From Camelus dromedarius (Eukaryota): DNA of 64,000 nt. Below, in pieces: positions 39,700 through 50,857 of the stretch. The position numbers were made by a program, and so were the translations under genes. Under the pieces are notes generated by a model, which saw nothing but the letters and a program-made list of their open reading frames with translations, did not search any database and had not been told where the DNA came from. Each line of letters begins with the position of its first letter. Position 1 is the first letter of the stretch. The stretch is taken from positions 95,234,001 through 95,298,000 of the forward strand of contig NC_087472.1 of the NCBI RefSeq assembly GCF_036321535.1, given 5' to 3'.

Positions 39700-40520
39700 C
39701 AAGGAATACAGTAATTCAAGCATGCAGCTGAATTCCCTAATAACTAATGAAAGTATTATGTAAAAGAATGAAGAACAGAATCTTAAAGTCAGAAGGTCAC
39801 GCCAGCAAAAACTTGAAGAGGTTCTAATACAAAGATTCATTAAGCCTTCAGATGTAAATCAAGAATTCTTCAGGCATCTAGGCAGAAATATCAAGTCACC
39901 TATCAAGGGGGAAACAGACTTTCCTGAGATTCTCCACAGGAGGAGGTAATGCCAGAGGGCAATGGAACACTGTCTACTAGTTCTGAGGATTGAGCCTAGG
40001 ATATCTGGACATGTTGTTTAAGAAGATCAGCAACAGGCGATGCCAAGACAGTGGAGTAGAAGGACACACAGCCTCCCACGAATACAGTGAAACTTACATC
40101 TACAGGCCCATCAATTCGCACAGAACACCTACTGAACTTTGGCAGGGTATCTCTCACTTCGAAATACAAGAAGATTCCTCACAAAACCAGTAGGAGAAAA
40201 AAGAAGAAAAATGAAATCAGTGCAGGACCTGTCCCTCAGGGAGGGAGTGGCAAAGGAAGAAAAGTGCCCTTATACTGGAATATACATATGTATATGTATG
40301 ACTGAAACATGATGCTGTACACCAGAAACTGACACATTGTAACTGACTATACATCAATTAAAAAAAAGATCAGCAAGAGAATAATGTTTTTAAACATGAA
40401 AAAAGTCAATTCCTCAATACTTTTTTTGAAAGACTACTCTACAAAAAAGTTCAGGAACCCAAGAGATAAAAAGGACTGATGGGGAATATTGAAATTAAAT
40501 ACAGATTTAGACTGAATCTA
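39700..40520 (+). mobile_element. Very old L1 ORF1-like remnant (host of the 40036-40365 insertion)
   Basis: caagtcacctatcaaggggg...gagattctccacag...aatgccagagggcaatggaacactgtctac. Confidence 0.6.
40036..40365 (+). mobile_element. Bipartite L1 derivative: ~240 bp L1 5'UTR start fused to the last ~85 bp of the L1 3'UTR plus A tail
   Basis: TSD aagatcagcaa 40023-40033 / 40366-40376; 3' part shares agaaactgacacattgtaactgact with the L1 tail ending near 45105; 5' part resembles recalled cetartiodactyl L1 5' ends. Confidence 0.75.
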
Positions 40521-40560
40521 TTAAATGATCAATTACTACAAACACTCTGTCAGCTTCTCT

Positions 40561-40654
40561 CACACACACATATACACACAAATACAAATATATACACACA
40601 TATATACACATACACATATGTATATACGTATACACCTACATACATGTTCATATG
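40561..40654. repeat. Compound (CA)/(TA) low-complexity tract
   Basis: Directly visible. Confidence 0.85.
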
Positions 40655-41618
40655 CAATTGCACTATTAAATGTTATATAGGACTGTGACTTCTTAACTTG
40701 GAGGTTAATACATGTGAAAGGTAAGATTCATATTAAGGTCAAAGTTACCCTTAAAAATCCTTTAAACCTCAAATAAAGTTCAACATACATGGTTTTGTGC
40801 GTACAACCTAGTATGTTAAATATTATCAATACTAACCCTTACTTGGAAACTACTCCCTAGACACATGGAAGGAACAAAAGGAAGTCTATATGCAGATAAC
40901 AGGGTATTCGAACAATTCTGCCAGTAAACTAGTTATCAAATACGGACTGTGATTGGGGGATTGGTAGAGAATTCAAAACTATTTCTGTCTTCCTGCAGTA
41001 TTGATTCCATTCTGTCTTCAAATCGTGCATGGATTCACTACGCAGCTCTCTGGGAATTAAAAAAAAAAATAATTCCAGTGGTGAATGGAAAAGGGATGAA
41101 GAATTCTAAAGAGTTCCTCCTTGCTTACAGAATTTACCCCAACTTGTTTAAATATCCAGCATCTAAAAACATAATAAATGTTAATAAATTTGCTTGTGAT
41201 TGTAAAGTTAAAGGGTAGCTTATAAAATCAGTATGTAACTTAAAGTCTACTATAAATCTTCTCAAAGTAAAAAAATAAATGTACAAGAAAAATCAAATGT
41301 AGAATAAATTTTAAGAATGCTAACCACCTTATCTTTAATAAAAGAGTAAAACTAATACCACCTAAAAGTGAGACCTAGCTTTTAAAAAGGGCACAATGGG
41401 AGCAAATTATTTTCTTTATATAATCTTTTGTCTTAAATGGATATACTTTAGGAACTGGTACATTTGAAGAATATAAACAATAGCTTCAGTTTCACTTCAT
41501 TTTCCTTGTCTTCAATTAAATAAATCAATTTAATAGTTTTATTTAAATTAGCATGTATAATATGATCCAGTTTTTATAAAATTATTTCTCTCTATCCATT
41601 TTTCTATCTGTATGTATA

Positions 41619-41937
41619 CAGTCATCCCTCAGTATCCACAGGGGATGAGTTCCAGGACCCCTCAACAAATACCAAAATCTGGGGCCGCTCAAGTCCCTCA
41701 TATGAAATGTCGTAGACTTTGCCTATAACCTACGCATATCCTCCCATATACTTTAAATCATCTTTAGATTACTTTTAATACCCGATACAACGTAAATGCT
41801 ACGTAAGTAGTTGCTGGTGCATGGCAAATTCAAGCTTTGCTTTTTGAAACTTTCTGGATTTAAAAAAAAAAAATTTTTTCCATCTGCAGTTGGTTGAATC
41901 TGCAGATACAGAAGTCATAGGTACAGAGGGTTCACCT
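41619..41937. mobile_element. MER2/MER2B Tigger MITE
   Basis: TA|cagtcatccctcagtatccacaggggatgagttccaggacccc...ttggttgaatctgcagat...gagggttcacct|TA. Confidence 0.9.
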
Positions 41938-42259
41938 TATTATAAGAGATGTCTGTAATGATTCCCAAAATATTAGCACTGATGAATTCTGGTAACAGTT
42001 TGAGTTTATTCATTTTTAGATTATTTCCTATATTGCTTGAATTTTTAGTGTACATATTTCATTTTATAACAAAGTCAGATTTCAAAAAAAAAATCAAATC
42101 TCTCGGAGCCAATGAGAGAAACACCACCATCCTGTACTTTACAGTGCCTTCACCCTCCACTTCCATACCAGTTGCTACTCTTGGTTGTCAAAAAGGAAAG
42201 CCTCTCCTCACCTTTAAAAAAAAAAAAAAACTAAAATAAAATAAATAAAAAAACTTTTA

Positions 42260-42813
42260 TAGGAGTAAAATCTCTGAGGGCGGAATGAGGCAGGATGCAA
42301 GAGGGCAAAGCACAGCCAGTCAAGGAATGACAGCAATTTGACACCAAAATGTGGAACATTCAACTCCTAGTTGGCCTTGAGGATTAAGAGGTTTGACTTC
42401 TGGTAGACCTTGAGCTTCATTATATGCTCATTGTAACAATGTGATAAATAACATGCTCGCAGGCTCCGTGACAGTCCCAAGGCTAACCAAAAAAGGCCGA
42501 AGAATGGGCGGTGGCCCAATTTCTGGGAATCCCAGCCCCTTCCTCTGGGCAGTTGGAATGGTCCCACCTGTAGGTGCGTGTGAAGCTACTCAGACCATAA
42601 AAACTGAGAACACCATGCCTAGCAGCCCTTTTGCGCTCCCTCCCCTTTGGAGACAGCCTGCACTCTGTCTATGGAGTGTGTGCCTACTTTTACTTTGACC
42701 TGAGCACCCAATTCCCACACCTCTTTCCTTGCCTTTCTCTTGCCTTACACTCTATGCAGTGTGCATCTCTAAATAAATCTACCTTTACTCAAAAAAAAAA
42801 AAAAAAAAAAAAA
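42260..42813 (+). mobile_element. Polyadenylated ERV 3' end (PPT-U3-R, no U5), likely L1-mediated retrocopy
   Basis: Purine tract gagggcggaa, then TG at 42286; cataaaaa 42596; AATAAA 42772-42777; A23 at 42791-42813. Confidence 0.7.
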
Positions 42814-43255
42814 CCCAAAACCTCCCCTCCATACAAATGCCATCTAATATATACACACAGAGATCAGTTCAGGACTTGCCATGACATTACACGAACTTTA
42901 TGGCCACAGGAAAGATGTGTATAGATCTGTCCTGAGAGAACATGACTGATATTTTGTATAATGCAAGGATTAAAGACTAAAAACTGACATTTGCCACTTA
43001 CCCACACCTGATTGTATCAACTCTGTGACATAATTCCGAGTACGATGGTTTGTTCAATTGCAGATTAATATAGTATATCACAAATGAATAGCTAATTATT
43101 CCCCAAAGTTACATAGTTTTTATTCTGTTGCCTACAACCAGTAACCTGGACGCTTCTAAATGATGATGGTTTACATTTAAGCTTCATTTTTCTTCTTGGC
43201 CTTGGCATTTTGAGGACCATCAGAAACACACATTAGTGGTGTTTACTACACTATG

Positions 43256-43618
43256 TGTTATGGACTGAATGTCTGTGTCCCTCCCCAAAATTCATATGCT
43301 AAAACCTAACTCCCGAGGTAACTGTACTAAGAGGTGGAGTATTTGGGAGGTGATCAGGTCATGAGGTAGAGTCTTCATGAATGGGATTAGTGCTCTTATA
43401 AGAGACCCCGGAGAGTTCTTTCACCTCTCCACCATGTAAGAACACAGCAAGAAGGCGGCCATCTATGAACCAGGGAGGGGGCCTTCATCAGACACCAAAT
43501 CTGCTAGTGCCTTGATCTTGGACTTGCCAGCCTCTAGAACTGCGAGAAATAAATTCTGTTGTTTATAAGTTGTTCACTCTACGGTACTTTATTCTTACAG
43601 CCTGAAATGACTAAGACA
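43256..43618 (+). mobile_element. MaLR solo LTR (MLT1A-like), complete
   Basis: tgttatggactgaatgt...gactaagaca; 5-bp TSD ctatg / ctctg. Confidence 0.92.
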
Positions 43619-44613
43619 CTCTGCACATCTTCTCTAAGGAGAATAATTTCTTTTCATAATTAACTCCTCCACTATTTATTGTTCTGTCTGGATTCTTCTG
43701 TTTTAGCCTTCAAACCTGGCTTTACCTTTTTTTTTTTTTTACATACAACATAAATACTTGATTAACAGTCAGATCATCCTCGTGGGCCAAGTGGTCGATC
43801 ATGAGACTAACACAGAAACATCTGATATATTCAAGAGTAAGTCTGCTCTCTTCATTGTCTTGAATTTCAGTGTCCTTAGAGAATACATTCTTTTAAAAAA
43901 AATTCCTTACCCCTTAAGTAAAACCAGAACACTTTTTTTTTTCATAATTCACGTTTTACTAGACTCGGAGGTGCAAATTTCCTTGTCAGCACTTGCCATG
44001 GTTGGTGAATATTTAACAAGGTAATTGGCACATGGAATCCCTGGGGTAATAACTAAAGTCATTATAGACCGTGTGGATTTAACCCTATCGTTGGCTTTCC
44101 ATTGTGACACTTCAATCAAATATGACCCTAAAATTTATATGCATTGCAGGTGTAGCTCCCCACAAGCTCATCATGCTGGGGCTTGATGGGAAAGAAGTTA
44201 TGAACATACAGCACACATATAGGACATACATGCACACACAGACTGTCGAGAATTTGGTGATGAGTTAGACTAGACAGGTCACATCTAGGATGATACATCC
44301 AGTTCTGCAATCTACAGTTTTCCAGGAACACTGAACTACAGAAAGGCGATTCGCCTCATTCTGGAAGATGGCCAAAATGAGGAAGAACTAGAAATCATGC
44401 CAGGAAAGGGAAGATAAGGGATATGGAATGACCCCCAAGTAAGAAGAGTCAAAGGAAAGCCATGGCGAGCTGGTACATGGGATACTTTACATAAGAATTA
44501 AAATCCATTAGTGAATGTTTCAGAAAACAGATTTTTCAGAAAACAGATTAGTAGAGAAAACACTATTAAGGCTAATATTAGAATGAAGTTTCATCTAAAG
44601 GAATGAAATTCCC

Positions 44614-44704
44614 GAGAGGTGGGAATAGCTCAGTGGCAGAGTGTGTGCTTATCATGCACAAGGTCCTGGGTTCAATCCCCAGGACCTCCATTAAAAGAAA
44701 AAAA
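44614..44704 (+). mobile_element. Short Vic-1-like SINE (tRNA head plus A tail only)
   Basis: atagctcagtggcagagtgtgtgcttatcatgcacaaggtcctgggttcaatcccc; perfect TSD aatgaaattccc 44602-44613 / 44705-44716. Confidence 0.9.
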
Positions 44705-44903
44705 AATGAAATTCCCATCATTAGGTGGGTTTAAAAGGAAGTTGAATGAACTGCCAAGCTCTCAGAAATGTAGCATGAAGGATGCCACAAGTGAACAGAA
44801 AGTCTTCCTACATGGCCCCCTAACTATTTTGTAAGTCTAGGAATTTTACCACTCTATTAATAAGGAAAGAGAACTCCAGTTTTTAAAAGCTTAATAAAGA
44901 GTC

Positions 44904-45105
44904 TGAGGTTGGCAAATGTTAGCCACTATATATAAAAATAGATAAAAACAAATTTCTTCTGTATAGCACAGGAAAGTATATTCAATATCTTGTAGTAACC
45001 TTTAATGAGAAAGAATATGAAACCAAATATATGTATATATATGCATGGCTGGGATATTTTGCTGTACATTAGAAACTGACACATTGTAACTGACTGCTTC
45101 AATAA
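44904..45105 (+). mobile_element. Cetartiodactyl-type L1 3' end followed by a GGGA/GA/GAAA tract (to 45167)
   Basis: ctgtatagcacaggaaagtatattcaatatcttgtagtaacc...gctgtacattagaaactgacacattgtaactgact. Confidence 0.9.
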
Positions 45106-45542
45106 GGAAGGGAGGGAGGGAGGAAGAGAGACAGAGAAAGAGAGAGAGAGAGAGAGAAAGAAAGAAAGTCAGCTTCCAGGAAAGTGTCCAATTATGAACA
45201 GGAACTATGAAACTGGAATCCAGATCTTTTAACTGCAAATATATGTCACTTATCTATGTGGTTTTTTTCACTGAACCAAACTCTGTGTGTGTATTAGTAA
45301 TAAAATATTAAAAATGTTTAACATCATGGTCATAGGAATACAAAGAGGAATCATTAATATACCTCCCTGTATCTTAAAATTATATAACTCAACCTTAATT
45401 AATACAGCTTTCTGAGATTTCATTAAATCCGATCTGGGTGAAATATCTTCTGCATTTATCTCACAAGTAGAAGGCACTTACATTTAAGAAAGTCCAGTAA
45501 TAGATCACTTAGATTATGCAAAGGCAGACCCAGGAATCTACT

Positions 45543-45660
45543 GCATGTAAGATTCACAAGGGCAGGCATTTTTGCCTGTTCCCTGATCTCAAGTGCCTAG
45601 AACACAGCCTACTAAACGACTGGTGCTAAATAAAGATTTACTGACTGAATGAACGGATGA
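45543..45660 (+). mobile_element. LINE-2 3' tail
   Basis: gtaagattcacaagggcagg...agtgcctagaacacagcct...ctgaatgaa. Confidence 0.75.
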
Positions 45661-45756
45661 AGGTTGAGGTAAAATGAAACAAATATTTCTAAATTCTCTC
45701 CTGGCTTCCTTGAAAGAAGAGAATGGTCTTGACCTAATGAAATCAGAAACCCTCTT

Positions 45757-45910
45757 GGGGGGAGGGTATAGCTCAAGTGGTAAAGTGTATGCTTTGCATG
45801 TATGAGGTCCTGCGTTCAATCCCCAGTACCGCCATTACAAAATAAATAAATAAACCTAATTCCCCAACCCCCCCACCAAAAAAAAAAAAAAAAACTTAAA
45901 AAAAAAAAAA
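45757..45910 (+). mobile_element. Vic-1-like SINE, full length
   Basis: ggggggagggtatagctcaagtggtaaag...cgttcaatccccagtacc...aaataaacctaatt; A tail; no TSD seen. Confidence 0.9.
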
Positions 45911-46954
45911 GGGACATGATCTAATTCAAAGCTCCTACAGTTCTTTGAATAAATCTAGGACCTCAAGTCATAACTGAACTACAAAGGCATCTCAAACTTA
46001 GAATTATAAAAGTCAGTGAATTTCAAACAGTCCCTGGCAATCTAAGTTTATAAATAAAAATATGTATTAGGAAAATTCAGAGAAGAAAATGCCTGCCCTG
46101 AAGGATTCCCTTGGAATTTTTTTTCCTTCTAAAGAGAAAAATGGCTGGTGAGTCAGCAGAGCTAGGGCATTTATAACAATGTCCTTTCTCTAACCATTGA
46201 TTTGTTTTCATTAGGTAAGTAGTTAGTTTTCTAAAGCTTTTTTCCCCCCTTTTGCTCTTGGCCTTAACAAAATTGGTAGTTCTGGCACTGTCATTAATTC
46301 TATAGTTGCAAAATTCCCTTGGGGAAACATAATAACTTTAGTTTATTGAAAACCCTACGGGAAGGATAGTTTATTAGGTATCCGGATGACTGGATGTTGA
46401 GAAACATATCATTTATCATTTAAAGTATCTGTGGTGCAAGGGCACTGTTAAGTGTATGCATATAAAACATATAACATCTGGATTAAAACAGAAATGACAA
46501 TGAGATATGATATCTTCATTATACCAGACAACGAGATATTTGGGGACACATGGCTGAGTAAGTTTTTCATATTTTTATCAGCAAGTTTGCTGACCTATAG
46601 AAACAGCCTCTGTGCTCCCATCCAATCCTAGAAGTTTAAAATTTTTCCTTCCATCTTACATATCAGTAACAGCTAGAGATGATTGGAGAAAATGTCTCAT
46701 GTCACAACTGTATGAGATTCAATCAGTAACAGACACAAACATGTCTAAACTACCAAATCATAAATAGTAGCTCAGCCACATTGATGGCCAATTTATATCA
46801 GTCAATACCTATGCAATTTATCATAAATATCCCCTAAAATGTCAGGTCCAAGAGTTGGATTTATCTAGAAATTAAGAGCTGGGAAGGATTTTGGAGATTA
46901 TCTCGTCTGATCCGTAAATTTTGTGGACGATGAAATCAAAATGATGATAGTAAC

Positions 46955-48700
46955 ACACATTCCCCGTTCTCAGGGAGCTATTAGCCTCATGAGAAAAGAA
47001 TCCCTAAATAGGAAATGACAACATAGTGTAATAGAAAGCAAATATGTATAAGCATGGACTATTAAAGGATTACTTAGAAGTGACATTATGTCTTGCTTTG
47101 GGGACTATGGGAGGATCAAAATAACTTTCCCGAAGAGGTGACTCTGAAGCTAAATCAATAAAGAAAGACTAAGAGTTGTGCAGGTCAAGAGGAGCAGGGC
47201 ATTTCAGGAAGAGGGGCTAGAAATCCCCAAAGGAAGAAAAACCACAATCTGTTGAGGAAGATAGAAGCAGTCTACTTCGGTTGTCAGCACACAGAAATGA
47301 CAGTAAGATAGAGGATTCTAGGTGTCAGAATAAGAAAGAAATTTTCCACCTAGACTCTCTACGTATGTATCAGTGTGGATGTGTGGACCAAAATGTCACG
47401 ATCCAATACTGAGCCAGACTACAAGTAATGCACTCCGTTTTCTATTCCTATTGTTTTTCATTTTAAAGTATCAGTCAACACCCACTAACATAAAGGTCAT
47501 GAGACACTACAGTATCATGATTTACTGTTTGAAAGACACTCGTGTGAAGGTTGTGAGGTGTTAAGCAAAGGTCAGATCATAATAAACTATCTAGTTTAGA
47601 CATTATGGATTGGGGAATGGGGAGTCATGGAAGGGTTATGAGCAGGGGAATGAAGTAATATAGAAAGATCATTCTAAATTGTTTCAAAAAGGATTTGAAA
47701 GGCTCTGAGAAAGAAGGTCAATGTTAGAAGTTTCTAGAGGTAATTTAAGCAATTATTAATGGTAACAGAATCAAGACAGTTGTTTTGAGGATGAAGGAAA
47801 GCAATTAAGAAGTTACAATTTATATTCAATACCTTGTAATAGCCTATTATGAAAAGAAATATATATATGTATACTGAATCACTGTGCTGTACACCAGAAA
47901 TTAACACACTGTAAACCAGCTATACTTCAATAAAAAATAATAATAAATGGAAGCAACAAGGATGGACCTGGAGATTGTCATACCAAGTGAAGTAAGCGAG
48001 AAAGAAAAATACCATATGACATCACTTACATGTGGAATCTTCAAAAATGAGACAAATGAACTTATTTACAAAACAGACTCATAGACATAGAAAACTGAAT
48101 TGTGTTACCAGGGGGGAAAGGGGCGTGGTGGAGGGATAAATTGGGAGTTTGGGATTTGCAGATACTAGCTACTATATATAAAATAGATAAACAGCAAGGT
48201 CCTACTCTACAGCACAGGGAACTATACTTAATACCTTGTAATAGCCTATAATGAAAAAGAATATGAAAATAAATATGTATATGTATAACTGAATCACGTG
48301 CTGTATACCAGCAATTAACGCAACATTGTAAACTCACTATACTTCAATAAAAATTTCTTTAACTTAAAAAAAAATAAGTTATAATTAACATAACATCGTT
48401 ATCATCTGGAAGAGGGGATAAATGAGAGAGGAAAGACACTGGTTCAATTCTGAGGAGTCTGTCTTAGGAAGTATGTTGGTAGTAATACCATTCACAGAGA
48501 GAGGGAAAAATTAGGAAAAACAGGCACCAAGAAATGAGAATAATGATTCAGTTTGGGGCCTTCTGAGTTTCAGATATCTGTTGAATATCCAAGTAGAGCT
48601 ATCAAGCCAGAAGTTAAGTACAGATTCTGGATACAAATGAAAGTTGGGACAGGACAGATGCGGAACTAGCAGCATACACGACATAATTGAAGCCATCATT
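46955..48700 (-). mobile_element. LINE-2 fragments interrupted by a tandem L1 insertion
   Basis: ttccccgttctcagggagct; gaggtgactctgaagct; ataccattcacagagagaggg; tgagtttcagatatctgttgaatatccaagtagag. Confidence 0.65.
47821..48375 (+). mobile_element. Two cetartiodactyl-type L1 3' ends in tandem (47821-47946; ~47952-48375)
   Basis: Both contain aataccttgtaatagcctat...gctgta...ctatacttcaataaaa; outer TSD aagttacaatt 47810-47820 / aagttataatt 48376-48386. Confidence 0.9.
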
Positions 48701-48724
48701 TAAGAAACCCATTTATGAACTATA

Positions 48725-48900
48725 AATATTTATAATATTTTCTGACCCTTAAAAATGCATAAAGCACTAGTGGAATGTGTGCGTGGTACACTATTATCAC
48801 TGTTACATACAAATCAGGAACCTGAGACTCAGAGTTTAAGTAATTTGCAAAGCTGACATGGTATTGCCAGAACTTAAGACTCTACTTCCAGTTTTTTATG
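48725..48900 (-). mobile_element. MIR SINE
   Basis: actattatc...aggaacctgagactcagagtttaagtaatttgcaaag. Confidence 0.6.
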
Positions 48901-49423
48901 CTGCATCTTTCAAATTTTTTCCTTTCTACCAGAATGCTCCTCTCCATCATGCTATCTGCTTTATATGAGGTCCTTAGAATAAACAAACTTCTTGTCCAAA
49001 TAATACCTACTTCATCGGCATTTATAAGTCATTAATTATTAGGCTGTTTGCTTATTATATGCAAGGGTTTGAATTAATCATACTCCATAATTCATAGATC
49101 ACCATCATCATTCATCCCCGGAAGTCTGATCTCTTGTTTTGTGTCTTTTATCCTCTTTTATCCCCAATATACTATTTCCATCTCCTGCCACTGACTCATT
49201 TCCTAATCTGTTAGATATTCATTCTTTTTTGTGTGTTGTATTATATGCATGCATGTTAATTTTTCTTTTTGTTTTACCTTAGTACTATTGTTTTTAAGAG
49301 CTATTTATAATTTTGTAGGCATATCTAGTTGGATCTAACTGCTGTGTATACCCTTCTACAGAATGCATCGACCACATTGTTCTCATCATTTCCATCAGGG
49401 CTGCATCTAGTTGTCTCCAATCT

Positions 49424-49531
49424 TTTTTTCCAGCTTTGAGATATAAGTGACATATAACACTGTGTACATTCAAGGTGTACACTGTGATGATTTGATACAC
49501 ATATGTATCACAAAATGATTACCATGATAAG
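49424..49531 (-). mobile_element. Short L1MA/MB 3' end within older antisense L1 remnants (~49080-50060)
   Basis: cagctttgagatataagtgacatataacactgtgtacattcaaggtgtacactgtgatgatttgataca; TSD-like ttgtctccaa / ttatctccaa. Confidence 0.8.
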
Positions 49532-50712
49532 TACTTATCTCCAACTTCTTGTTACCAAAAACAACCCTGTGACAAATTTCCAGTTGAATATTTTCTTTAC
49601 GGACCTGTGTGAGAATTCTCTGAGCTACTTATCCTGGGCAGTGATACAAGGACACAGGGTATGTAAACACTTAATCTCACGCAATGTTTCAGATTTTTCT
49701 TCAGAATGCCTGCTACCAACATGGTTTCTAAAGCATATCAGCATTAGGAATTTTAAGAAGCTCTTCCCACCCGTCGGTCCCCAAAATACTCTTTCATTTT
49801 TTTCTAGATTAATTTTATAGTTTTACCTCTCATATTTAGTTATTAATCCATCTTGACTACATATATTTATAATGTTTTATATGAAATAAAATTCCATAAA
49901 ATAAGCTAGTTTTAATACCATCCACCACCCAATCCATCAATCCATCAATCCTCCAGTGATTTTCAGTGTCATGGTAATCATATATCGATTTCTCCTATCA
50001 ACATACTCTGTCATCTCTGAAGCATGATTCCCAAGTCTTAGAAGACATCATCTGATAGGTTTATTATTTGGTTCAATCAACTTATCTCATTTTTTGATAA
50101 TTTCACATTTTTCTTCTTATGATCCCTCTACAGAAACAGTGAAAACGCTTGATTTTAAACAATACTAAAAGATTCAATGCAGTTGTGTCATGCCTTCTAG
50201 AACTCATGAATTTGGCAAAGGTCTCTAAAACTGGACAGAGATGACATATGCCTGAGAAACAGCACTGGAAAGGAATATGAGAGCTGACACAGAGCTCTGG
50301 GCTAAAATAACCTCAATCGTTGCATTGATTTAAAGGGTGATTTTTAAGCAACGACTTTCTTCCTGGGTAAAATGAATACTATCACTGCCAGCTCCATAGC
50401 TTGAAAACGTTTCAGATTTCCTGACTGATACTTATGGTAAAGTAGCACGAGACATTTACCAGTATAAAATCTCATTATTTCCAATGTATAGATTTAGACA
50501 TTCTGAACAATTAGCAAAGATGTTTTACAATTCTTCTTTCCCCCTAAAACCAATCCCAGCAAAAATATATAAATTCATTTTTGTACATTGTGTCACTCAT
50601 CGTTTTCTTTATTATAAAAGTCTCTACATCTCTCAAAGAAGCTTTTCAAACTCTAATTTAACTAACAAGCCATCCCTCAGCCATGGGATAAACTTTAAAA
50701 ACAGAGTTTTAA

Positions 50713-50857
50713 GGGGCGAGGGTACAGCTCAGTGGTAGAGTATGTGCCTAATTAGCATGCATGAGGTCCCAGGTTCAATCCCTAGTACCTCCATTAAAAA
50801 ATAAATAAACCTAATTACCACTCCCCTAAAAAAAAACAAAAAAAAGGTTTAAAAAAA
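50713..50857 (+). mobile_element. Vic-1-like SINE, full length
   Basis: ggggcgagggtacagctcagtggtagag...ggttcaatccctagtacctccatt...aaataaacctaattacc; TSD agagttttaa 50703-50712 / 50858-50867. Confidence 0.9.
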
